Positions 20,318 through 28,331 of a stretch of 32,000 nucleotides of DNA are shown piece after piece. This DNA is from Candidatus Saccharimonadota bacterium (GTDB taxonomy: Bacteria > Patescibacteriota > Microgenomatia > UBA1406 > GWC2-37-13): positions 390,001 to 422,000 of the forward strand of contig CP064967.1 of the NCBI GenBank assembly GCA_016699265.1, in the 5' to 3' direction. Position 1 is the first letter of the stretch; every line of letters starts with the position of its first letter. The notes under the pieces are model-generated. The model did not search any database. It was not told the origin of the DNA and saw only the letters and a list, made by a program, of their open reading frames with translations. Position numbers and translations under genes: made by a program.

Positions 20318-20377
20318 CGTAAAACGCGTAACGTAGAGCATAAAAAAAGCTCTATGTTTCAAGTTCTATATTCTATG
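20318..20377. repeat. Dyad heptad array with 3 + 4 units around an A-rich centre
   Basis: It reads CGTAAAA CGCGTAA CGTAGAG | CATAAAAAAAG | CTCTATG TTTCAAG TTCTATA TTCTATG. In transcript sense it lies 14 nt upstream of tRNA-Ala. Confidence 0.75.
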
Positions 20378-20511
20378 TTGTGGTTAGTTAAAGAAGGCGG
20401 ATAGGATAGCAGAAATTGTAGTTGCTAACCAATGCCTCAGTTAAGGTCAAAAACCATGTGTAAAGGTATTTTACACAAAGCTAGGGCGATAAGTCAAACG
20501 ATATATCGCAC

Positions 20512-21225
20512 TTATCCTCTGAGAAGGTCGATCGCGACCTGTAGCAAAATCGGCCGCTCTACTTCTCTCAATCGATGTCTTTGGTTCCATAGATGCGTAT
20601 TTGAGGGAATTCTTCCGATCTTTGCTATTGTAGCTATAGTGCTTACCAATTCAGAGATGTGGGGGTGCGAATCGGCAATTCGTTCTGCTAAGGTGTCTGC
20701 TGCAGACTCACCAGCAGTTGCTAATTTACCTGGCCAGACAGCACTCACGTCTTGAATACCGCGTTCATTTCTCAGTTTGTGTGCAATTTTTGTCATGGCA
20801 AAATCAGCTCCCACTCTTGCTGCGAGATCCTGTGCGGGTAATTTTCCCGCAACAAACAAACTCCCTCTGCGAAGTGCTGCCGCTTGTTTGTCTTTACCTC
20901 TGTCCGCATCCGCGCCCTTTTGGGTTGGGCCACGTTTACTTCGTCTGGCGAGTTGACCATCGATAAAATCAGATGCCTCAGCAACAATCTGTACCGTGTT
21001 CGCAGATTTTTTATATCCGAGATGTCTTAGAAGCAAAGCGGTAAAGGTTAAGGGAACCCTCATATCGGTTACAATGTCGGCAATTTCACCACCATGCACG
21101 TAGAGAGTTCTGCTTCCCCATGTTTTTTGACTACTATCATCAAAGGGTATGCCATATCCATATACCTTATTCGGAAGTTCGAGGAGCTTCTTTCCAAGTT
21201 CGGTTTCTTCCACTGGGGATTCCAC
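20512..21225 (-). CDS. CDP-alcohol phosphatidyltransferase-like protein, atypically hydrophilic
   Basis: The motif is SDFIDGQLAR-x9-G-ADA-D-RGK-D, close to D-x2-DG-x2-AR-x8-G-x3-D-x3-D. The upstream string is ..IVTDMRVPLTFTALLL. The start is GTG. The gene looks G+C-richer than its surroundings by eye. Confidence 0.5.
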   Translation of the reverse strand: MESPVEETELGKKLLELPNKVYGYGIPFDDSSQKTWGSRTLYVHGGEIADIVTDMRVPLTFTALLLRHLGYKKSANTVQIVAEASDFIDGQLARRSKRGPTQKGADADRGKDKQAAALRRGSLFVAGKLPAQDLAARVGADFAMTKIAHKLRNERGIQDVSAVWPGKLATAGESAADTLAERIADSHPHISELVSTIATIAKIGRIPSNTHLWNQRHRLREVERPILLQVAIDLLRG

Positions 21226-21376
21226 CAGTCGATATCATGAGACACTTTCGGTAGGGAGCTGAATCAGAGATGGTATATCCATATAGGAGCTAAGGAAGGA
21301 GCATCAACATGCTTCACTCGATCTGCCATTTGCTTGTACATTTCTCGCTCCAGTGGTCTACGGAATATTTGATCAC

Positions 21377-21933
21377 CTAGAAGATCGACCTCCCTACCAT
21401 CTCTTCGACGTAATACGTTTTCGCACCGGCTCTGTTTCCCGCCGCAATATCACCGGTAAGTTTATCCCCGACCATACAGCACCTTGCTCTACGGGCATTC
21501 CGTTGCTGCGCCGTCAACTCAACCATGAATGGTTTCGGCTTTCTCCATTCAGGGAAAAGCGGAGAAAGGAGCAGATCAGCGTTGAGATCTCGTATCCAGT
21601 ACTGCGCCGCAGTGAAGGTAGCGAGGTTTCCCATTTTCGATTCGTTACAATCGCTGTTTTGAAATCGTAACCTTCCGCATCAAGCCGTTCCTTTAATGAA
21701 CGCATGTGCTCTGCAAGCTGTGGATGTGGGAGCGTTCCCCATGTTTTTATAAAGGTACCTTCGGCATCAAGAAAAACTGCATGAATATTATTTTGCATTA
21801 TGAAGTCCGCGGTAATTCCCATAATATTTGTTCCCGCAAAGTCAGGCGTGCAGATTTTCAAAAAGGCTTCTTTTGGGTTAAGTCGATCTCTCATCTCAGG
21901 AAAAGAGCTTCGAGGTAATTCGAGTGGTACCAT
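21377..21933 (-). pseudogene. HAD-IIIA (YqeG / PGP-phosphatase GEP4-like) phosphatase with one frameshift at an A-run (~21630)
   Basis: The N-terminal part is ..HAVFLDAEGTFIKTW..FKTAIVTNRK. A second frame continues MGNLATF..WRKPKPFMVE..CCMVGDKLTGDIAAGNRAGAKTYYV, which holds the KP lysine and GDxxxD motifs. The frames join at CGAAAATGGG. Confidence 0.55.
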
Positions 21934-21943
21934 AGATATATTG

Positions 21944-22495
21944 TTAGGAAGTTTCTTTCCGAGTTCGGCGATAGAGATTAACGTAGCTGCTCACTCGTAA
22001 TAGTGTTCCCGCGACAATAATCGACTCACCAGATTTCTTTTTCTTCTCATTGCTTTGCTTCATTCCTTCAGTAAAAAGGCCGGCACCTGCAGCCTGAACA
22101 ACTGCTCCTATTTTCGCTCCTTTTGGTATCCGCGGTTTTTCTAGACCCTTCTGAATCTTGGCATTAATACCAAAGTTAATGAACTCTCCAGCAACTACTG
22201 ACACCGTGGCAATCTTACTCATATGAGGAGCGAATGCTACAACGCTCTCGGCACGAAGCATAGCGTCTGCGACAGGATCGGCTACTGCACCAGCAACGGA
22301 CACAGCTCGTAAAAATCTTGCTGGATTGCCCTCAAGGTCGCTTGCGAGCGCAGGAACAATATGCTTTTGAACTTGTGCCCAATTTCCTGACTGCGCCGCT
22401 TTCATGGCCTTCCAACCTAGTACCGGTCTCGCTACAGTCATACTCCACGGTACCAGGTATCGCGCAGGATGGCTCCGAACTCTTTCAAGATTCAT
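21944..22495 (-). CDS. CDP-alcohol phosphatidyltransferase-like protein (second, divergent paralogue)
   Basis: The motif is SDLEGNPAR-FLRAVSVA-G-AVA-D-PVA-D, which fits AR-x8-G-x3-D-x3-D, although the first DG is replaced by EG. The protein is 183 aa, Ala-rich and only moderately hydrophobic. Confidence 0.5.
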   Translation of the reverse strand: MNLERVRSHPARYLVPWSMTVARPVLGWKAMKAAQSGNWAQVQKHIVPALASDLEGNPARFLRAVSVAGAVADPVADAMLRAESVVAFAPHMSKIATVSVVAGEFINFGINAKIQKGLEKPRIPKGAKIGAVVQAAGAGLFTEGMKQSNEKKKKSGESIIVAGTLLRVSSYVNLYRRTRKETS

Positions 22496-22552
22496 AAGTG
22501 AGTATTCTAACAGATCTAAGAAAGATATTTGCTTTCTACAGTCGTTTATATG

Positions 22553-22558
22553 TATATT
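22553..22558 (+). promoter_or_regulatory. TATATT box 6 nt upstream of the ppsA ATG
   Basis: The sequence is TGTATATT-AAATGT-ATG(22565). Confidence 0.35.
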
Positions 22559-22564
22559 AAATGT

Positions 22565-24935
22565 ATGGTGAAAAAGAACATCGTTTGGTTTGAGGAGGTT
22601 GGAAAAGAGGATGTTGGGCTTGTTGGGGGAAAGGGTGCCAATCTAGGTGAGATGACGAATGCGCGTCTTCCCATACCATACGGATTTGTGCTTACCTCTC
22701 ATGCCTACTTCGAGTTTATTGAACACAATGCTCTTGCGCCTAAGATAAAGAAATTTCTTGACTCAGTAAATACAGACAATCCTCACGAGCTTCAGCAGGT
22801 ATCGAAGGAGATTCAAAAAATGATTCTTGACGCAGATGTTCCTAGCTCAATATCGAAACAGGTTGTCGAATACTACAAAAATCTTACTTTAAAGGAAGAG
22901 GAGTACTATACTAACTCGTCTTCAGTTGCCTCAAAATTTACCAAGGCTTTAAAACATGCCTATCGGCCAGTCGCTGTCGCTGTGAGATCATCGGCCACAG
23001 CAGAAGACCTTCCAGGGGCGTCTTTTGCAGGACAGCAAGAGACATATCTAAACGTTTTCGGTGAAACAGAGCTACTTAAGAAGGTTCAGGAGTGTTGGGC
23101 ATCTCTTTTTACTGAGAGAGCTATCTATTATCGACATCACCAAGGATTTGATCATTTTAAGGTTGGACTTGCTGCGGTAGTTCAGCGTATGGTCCAGTCT
23201 GATAAATCCGGTATCGCTTTTAGTATCGATCCGGTTACCAATGATAAATCGAAGATTGTAGTCGAGGCAATAGTAGGACTCGGTGAGTACATTGTGCAAG
23301 GCAAGGTGACTCCTGATCATTACGAAATAGATAAGAGATCCTTTGTCATAACCAAAAAAGAGGTAAAGTATCAAAATCTCAAATACGTTAGGGCGGGGCA
23401 TGGTAATAGAGAGGTCAAGCTTAGCAAATCACAGGGCTCTAAACTTAAACTTTCTGATCAGGAAATCGTAACTGTAGCGCTATTGGTCAAACAAATTGAG
23501 GACCATTACTTTTTCCCTCAAGATATTGAGTGGGCAATTGAAGGAGATAAGACTTCTATAGTTCAGTCACGACCGATTACTACAATTAAGAATGAAGAAT
23601 CTAGTATCAAGAATAAAGGAAACGAAGATAAAAACAAAAACTCAGATATTGTTTCAACGCAAGCTAAATTGGTGATGCCAATTGTTGTTGGAGCACCAGC
23701 TTCACCAGGAATGGTAACGGGGCCGGTCAGGATTATTCACTCACCCAGTGAAATAGATAAAATATCCAAGGGAGATATTCTGGTTGCGCCACAGACAAAT
23801 CCAGACTACGTTCCTGCAATGAAGAAAGCCGCTGCAATTGTAACGGAAAAGGGAGGAAGAACGTCGCATGCGGCAATAGTTTCACGAGAGCTTGGAATAC
23901 CTGCGGTTGTTGGAGCAGAGTCTGCCACAACGAAACTAAAAAACGGGGAGATAGTTACTGTTAATGGAAGTACCGGTGAGGTTTTCAAAGGTGCGATCAG
24001 TGGTTCCACCTCCGCTAAAGCTTCAGCGAAAGAGCAGGCAAAACTTATCGCCGAAGACCGAAATCTGAAAACTTTAACTAAGGTATATATTAACTTGGCT
24101 GAACCAGAGCAAGCGGAAAAACTCGCCAAACGTCATATCGATGGAATCGCCTTTGCGTGCTGAGTTTATGATAGCGGGTATTGGAACACATCCAAAGTAT
24201 CTAATCACTGGGAGACAACATGAGTTTGTTCGAAATTAACAAACGATCTCATTAAGTTCGTAAAACCATTTAATCCCCGACCAGTTATCTATCGAGCAAC
24301 TGATTTTAAGACAAACGAATATAAAAACCTCAAATGGTGCGGAGTTCGAAAACAGGAAGAAAACCCAATGCTTGGTTTCCGAGTGCTTCACGTTACATTG
24401 CAGATCCGGAAGAGTTTATGTTGGAGCTCGAGGCAATCGCAAATATCTGGAAAATGGGGTACAGTAATCTTCATTTGATGATACCGTTCATCAGAAGACC
24501 ATGGGAACTTATTCAGATCAAAGCAATGATCACAAAGCTGGCCTTTTCAATCTTCCTGGATTTAGATTGCTCATTATGGTTGAGGTTCCAGCGGCTGCAC
24601 TCGAACTTGAGAACTTTCTGAAGATTGGGGTCGATGGTGTCTCGATTGGAACGAATGATTTAACAATGATGCTTCTTGGGTTGACCGGACAATGAACATG
24701 TAGCTTCGGTTTATGACGAAAGATCGGACGCCGTTGTCGAGTACTTGAACATATCGTAAAGACCTGCGTAAAATATAAAGTAAGTTGTTCAATCTGTGGT
24801 CAGGCAGCGTCCGACTACTCAGAGCTAGTAGAGAAATTGGTCATAGGGATTACGAGCGTATCGGTAAATCCAGATGCGATTGAGCGAACAAGAAGATTGA
24901 TCTATGACATTGAGCGAGCACATTTTAAAAACTAG
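22565..24935 (+). pseudogene. ppsA: Phosphoenolpyruvate synthase; N-terminal two thirds open, C-terminal PEP-binding domain multiply frameshifted
   Basis: The N-terminus reads VKKNIVWFEEVGKEDVGLVGGKGANLGEMT. The phosphohistidine loop GGRTSHAAIVSRELGIPAVVG is present. After ~24150 the TIM-barrel strings are spread over all three frames: LRAEFMIAGIGTHP, PVIYRATDFKTNEY, ENPMLGFR, MIPFIRRPWEL, IMVEVPAAAL, GVSIGTNDLT, SICGQAASDY and ITSVSVNPDAIERTRRLI. Confidence 0.75.
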
Positions 24936-24993
24936 CGAAAATAGCTACAAAGCTAAATGGTTGACATGCTTAAAGCTATGCAGCCATCCAGCC

Positions 24994-26265
24994 ATGTTAA
25001 CTATTAAACAAATTACCGCCTACGAAATAATTGACTCAAGAGGTTATCCTACTGTTGAAGCAGCTGCATTAATGAGTAACGGGCGTACTATTAGGACAAG
25101 CGTACCATCTGGAACTTCTGTCGGGAAGTATGAAGCTCTAGAACTACGTGATAAAGATGACAAGAGATTTGATGGAATGGGAGTTACAAAGTCCGTAAGT
25201 ATCATCAATGATGTACTTGCACCTAAATTAGTTGGAGTTTCTCCCAGTAAATTCAGAGAAATTGACGAATGGATGATTAAGGCAGATGGAACTAAGAATA
25301 AGAGCAAGCTAGGTGGCAATACCACTCTTGCTATGTCTCAGCTTTTTATTAAGTCCGCCGCTCAGGAAGAAGGAATGTCTACATACAGTTTTGTTAATAG
25401 AGAGTATAAAAATAGGTTTAAGTCAGAGATGCCGTTACAGAAAATACCTACACCAATCTTTAATATTATTAACGGTGGAAAACATGCGAATAATAATCTC
25501 GAGTTCCAAGAGTTCCAGGTAATTCCTTCATCATCACTCCCCTACACCAAGGCTTATCAGATCGGAGTCGAGATTTTTCACGAACTTAAAAGAGTCTTGC
25601 TTTATAGAAATGCAAATGTCTCGGTTGGAGAAGAGGGAGGATTTGCACCAAACTTCACAACGAACATAGACGCAATTGAGGTAATTAATGAAACAGTACT
25701 TCAAAAAAATCTTAAGATGGGACTCGATATATTTCTTGGACTCGATGTGGCTTCTTCACATTTTTTCAAGGATGATAGATATTATGTAAAGGATAAGCCC
25801 CATCCTTTAACAAAAGATGAGTACCTTGAGTTTATTGTCAGCCTCACAAAAAACTATTCTTTATTATGTCTTGAGGATCCTCTAAATCAAGATGACTTTG
25901 AAGGTTGGTCAAAACTATTAAAAACTATGGCCCGTGACATTTATCTTATTGGGGACGATCTTCTTGCAACTAATAAAGAAAGACTTCTCAGAGCTATTAA
26001 GGATAAAGCATGTAGCATGGTGCTCGTGAAACCAAATCAAATTGGAACTATCTCAGAAATCATGGAGGTTGTTCAGATAGCTAAGGCAAATGATCTTGCC
26101 GTGCTGGTATCCCATAGATCGGGAGAAACAAATGATGACTTTATTGCAGACTTTGCTGTTGGAGTTCAGGCAGACTTCGTTAAGTTTGGAGCACCTTCAC
26201 GAGGTGAGCGCGTCGCAAAGTACAATCGTCTCTGGCAGATTGAACGAGAAAAACTCTCTAAGTAA
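24994..26265 (+). CDS. eno: Enolase
   Basis: MLTIKQITAYEIIDSRGYPTVEAA.. begins at the internal ATG 24994. The motifs SHRSGETND and KPNQIGT are present. Confidence 0.95.
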   Translation: MLTIKQITAYEIIDSRGYPTVEAAALMSNGRTIRTSVPSGTSVGKYEALELRDKDDKRFDGMGVTKSVSIINDVLAPKLVGVSPSKFREIDEWMIKADGTKNKSKLGGNTTLAMSQLFIKSAAQEEGMSTYSFVNREYKNRFKSEMPLQKIPTPIFNIINGGKHANNNLEFQEFQVIPSSSLPYTKAYQIGVEIFHELKRVLLYRNANVSVGEEGGFAPNFTTNIDAIEVINETVLQKNLKMGLDIFLGLDVASSHFFKDDRYYVKDKPHPLTKDEYLEFIVSLTKNYSLLCLEDPLNQDDFEGWSKLLKTMARDIYLIGDDLLATNKERLLRAIKDKACSMVLVKPNQIGTISEIMEVVQIAKANDLAVLVSHRSGETNDDFIADFAVGVQADFVKFGAPSRGERVAKYNRLWQIEREKLSK

Positions 26266-26268
26266 CTT

Positions 26269-26355
26269 CGTATTCCGTATATCGTATCGCGTATTTCGTA
26301 TTCTGTGCTATATTTTGCTCTATACTAGATACGTTATACCAAATACGATATACGA
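26269..26355. repeat. Dyad heptad array: 5-6 x CGTATnn, a centre, then 5 x nATACnn
   Basis: The left arm reads CGTATTC CGTATAT CGTATCG CGTATTT CGTATTC (TGTGCTA). The right arm reads TATACTA GATACGT TATACCA AATACGA TATACGA and ends 3 nt before the ruvA ATG. CGTATATCGTAT (26276-26287) is the exact reverse complement of 26343-26354. Confidence 0.92.
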
Positions 26356-26358
26356 ATC

Positions 26359-26936
26359 ATGATAGGTAGAATAAAAGGCAAACTAGTTGAGATCAATGGG
26401 AACATTGGTCTTGTTGAAACTTCATCAGGGCTTTCGTACGAAGTTTTTCTTCCACCAGCTTTATGCTCATCCGTCTAAACACCGCAGTAAGATTGAGACA
26501 CATCTTAGGTCCGTGACGACGCTCACATTCTGTTTGGCTTAGGATAAAAAGATAAAGAGTTATTTAAGCTTCTACTTTCAGTTTCGAGTTGGACCAAAAA
26601 CTGCATTTCAGGTCACTTATACTGGTAGCGATGAACTGATCTCGGCAGTTCAGACGAATGACGTTGCTATTTTCAAAAATTCCAGGACTCGGAAAGACTC
26701 AAAGAAAATTATTCTTGAACTTTCCAGAAACTGAAGTCGAGTTCGATATGCAAAAATGAATCTAAGCGATGAAGACAAAACGGTAGTTATGCACTTATGG
26801 CTCTTGGTTACAAATCTCAAGAAGCAAAAAACAAGCTCTCAGTAAAATTTCAAAAGGATTATCGATTGAAGAAAAAATAAAAGAAGCCCTCAAAAACACT
26901 GCTACAAAAATAACTTTTAACTGCTCACGCTCATAA
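26359..26936 (+). pseudogene. ruvA: Holliday junction DNA helicase RuvA, heavily frameshifted
   Basis: MIGRIKGKLVEINGNIGLVETSSGLSYEVFLPP is followed by RuvA-like strings in shifting frames: VRDDAHILFG, KDKELFKLLLSVS, VGPKTAFQV, SDELISAVQTNDVAIF, KKIILEL and LSIEEKIKEALKN. Confidence 0.7.
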
Positions 26937-27008
26937 ATTCTTTTCCAGATTACCACGTATCCAAATATGAAAGAAATTCGAAGAATGGGGATTTATTTGG
27001 CTTTGGAG

Positions 27009-27014
27009 TATAAT
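27009..27014 (+). promoter_or_regulatory. TATAAT box 7 nt upstream of the ruvB ATG
   Basis: The sequence is GGAGTATAAT-TGGAAGC-ATG(27022). The GGAG 13 nt upstream could instead be a distant SD. Confidence 0.35.
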
Positions 27015-27021
27015 TGGAAGC

Positions 27022-28002
27022 ATGTCAGGAAATGAGATTACAACGCTTAGACCTTTAAAGATTACTGAGTATATCGGGCAGAGTGCGGCGGTACGAACTC
27101 TAAAAGTATTTATAGAAGCGGTTAAGAAAAAGGGTTTGCCAACAGAGCACATTCTGCTCTATGGACCTCCAGGAATTGGAAAAACTACGTTAGCAAACAT
27201 CATAGCTCATGAACTCGATGGAGAGATGAAGGTCACATCGGGTGCCGCAATGCAAAAGTCTGGAGATCTTGCAGCGATACTTACCAATCTTAAGGACAAT
27301 GACATCTTATTTATTGATGAAATTCATCGACTACCTAAAACGGTTGAAGAGATGCTCTACCCCGTTATGGAGGACTACTTTCTAGACATAATTATCGGCA
27401 AAGGTCCTTCTGCCCGTACCGTTCGACTACCGATTCCACGGATTACGATAGTAGGTGCCACGACTCGACTCGCTTTATTATCTGCGCCACTTCGTGACAG
27501 GTTTGGACTTCTGATGAGACTAGACTACTACACAGATTCAGAAATGGAGAAGATTGTAGATAGATCGGCCAACCTCCTTAATATGAAGATTGCAAAAAAT
27601 GTGGCAAAGGAAATAGCAAAAAGGTCTCGCCGTACTCCCCGACTCGCAAACAGAATTATTAAGCGCGCTCATGACATGTTAGTTGTGAATAAGCATGCTG
27701 AGATTTCAGAGACAGTATTGACCGAATTGTTTTCTTTGTTGGAGCTTGATAACTTTGGACTTACCGATGTTGATAGAAAATACCTAAAGACTATAGGAGT
27801 TAAGTTTCAGAATGTGCCAATTGGTGTAAATACGATCGCTTCTGCCATGTCGGAAGATATTCAGACGATTGAGGACTTCATTGAACCATATCTCTTACAG
27901 ATTGGCTTTTTGAAAAGAACCTCAAGAGGACGACAGCTTACTCCAAAAGCCTTGCTACACCTCGGTGTAAAGGGTGATCCCGATCAACCACAGCTGGTAT
28001 AA
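27022..28002 (+). CDS. ruvB: Holliday junction DNA helicase RuvB
   Basis: The 326-aa ORF has Walker A GPPGIGKTT and Walker B ILFIDEIHRL, followed by TTRLALLSAPLRDRFG. Confidence 0.95.
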   Translation: MSGNEITTLRPLKITEYIGQSAAVRTLKVFIEAVKKKGLPTEHILLYGPPGIGKTTLANIIAHELDGEMKVTSGAAMQKSGDLAAILTNLKDNDILFIDEIHRLPKTVEEMLYPVMEDYFLDIIIGKGPSARTVRLPIPRITIVGATTRLALLSAPLRDRFGLLMRLDYYTDSEMEKIVDRSANLLNMKIAKNVAKEIAKRSRRTPRLANRIIKRAHDMLVVNKHAEISETVLTELFSLLELDNFGLTDVDRKYLKTIGVKFQNVPIGVNTIASAMSEDIQTIEDFIEPYLLQIGFLKRTSRGRQLTPKALLHLGVKGDPDQPQLV

Positions 28003-28006
28003 TAAT

Positions 28007-28091
28007 CGTAGAGCGTGTAGCGCGCATCGTTTATCGCAAGAATTATCATGCCTTGAGATACACGTTACACGATTTGCGATTCGTGATTTTG
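28007..28091. repeat. Dyad heptad array anchored on CG every 7 nt
   Basis: The left arm reads CGTAGAG CGTGTAG CGCGCAT CGTTTAT CGCAAGA, followed by a 15-nt centre. The right arm reads GATACAC GTTACAC GATTTGC GATTCGT GATTTTG, which re-phased is nnnnnCG. It ends 2 nt before tRNA-Leu(UAA). Confidence 0.8.
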
Positions 28092-28093
28092 TA

Positions 28094-28176
28094 GCCGCGG
28101 TGGTGGAATGGCAGACACGCAGGACTTAAAATCCTGTGACCGCAAGGTCGTGAGCGTTCGACTCGCTCTCGCGGCA
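28094..28176 (+). tRNA. tRNA-Leu(UAA), class II, no encoded CCA
   Basis: The acceptor pairs GCCGCGG with TCGCGGC. The anticodon arm is CAGGA-CTTAAAA-TCCTG. There is a long variable arm, and the T arm is GAGCG-TTCGACT-CGCTC. Confidence 0.9.
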
Positions 28177-28180
28177 CATC

Positions 28181-28252
28181 CAGTAATCAGATTTCGGTTT
28201 TCAGTTTTCAGTCATTATGATCTGACAACTAATCACTGACCACTGATAACTG
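28181..28252. repeat. Dyad heptad array: 5 x CAGnnnn, a 6-nt centre, then 5 x CTGnnnn
   Basis: It reads CAGTAAT CAGATTT CGGTTTT CAGTTTT CAGTCAT | TATGAT | CTGACAA CTAATCA CTGACCA CTGATAA CTG... It lies between tRNA-Leu(UAA) and tRNA-Thr and runs up to the tRNA-Thr 5' end. Confidence 0.88.
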
Positions 28253-28257
28253 TCCCA

Positions 28258-28331
28258 GCCCTTCTAGCTCAATGGCAGAGCAGCTGTTTTGTAAACAGTC
28301 GACTGCAGTTCGATTCTGCAGAAGGGCTCCA
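28258..28331 (+). tRNA. tRNA-Thr(UGU), CCA encoded
   Basis: The structure is GCCCTTC TA GCTC AATGGCA GAGC A GCTGT TTTGTAA ACAGT CGAC TGCAG TTCGATT CTGCA GAAGGGC T CCA. Confidence 0.9.

Noticed and set aside
24904-24993. I considered the N-terminal extensions offered by the ORF track for eno (24904), gpmI (15704), PMM (11458), holA (12141) and ppsA (22529).
   Set aside because: The extra codons translate promoter or heptad-repeat DNA, for example MIRYTLYVIRNT. The conserved family N-termini begin at the internal ATGs, which have -10-like boxes just upstream.
22565-26936. I considered whether an alternative genetic code (UGA as Gly or Trp, tables 25 or 4) explains the broken genes.
   Set aside because: The breaks require frame changes rather than read-through of in-frame TGA. 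The first blocking stops include TAA and TAG, and intact conserved genes encode Trp with TGG and contain no in-frame TGA.
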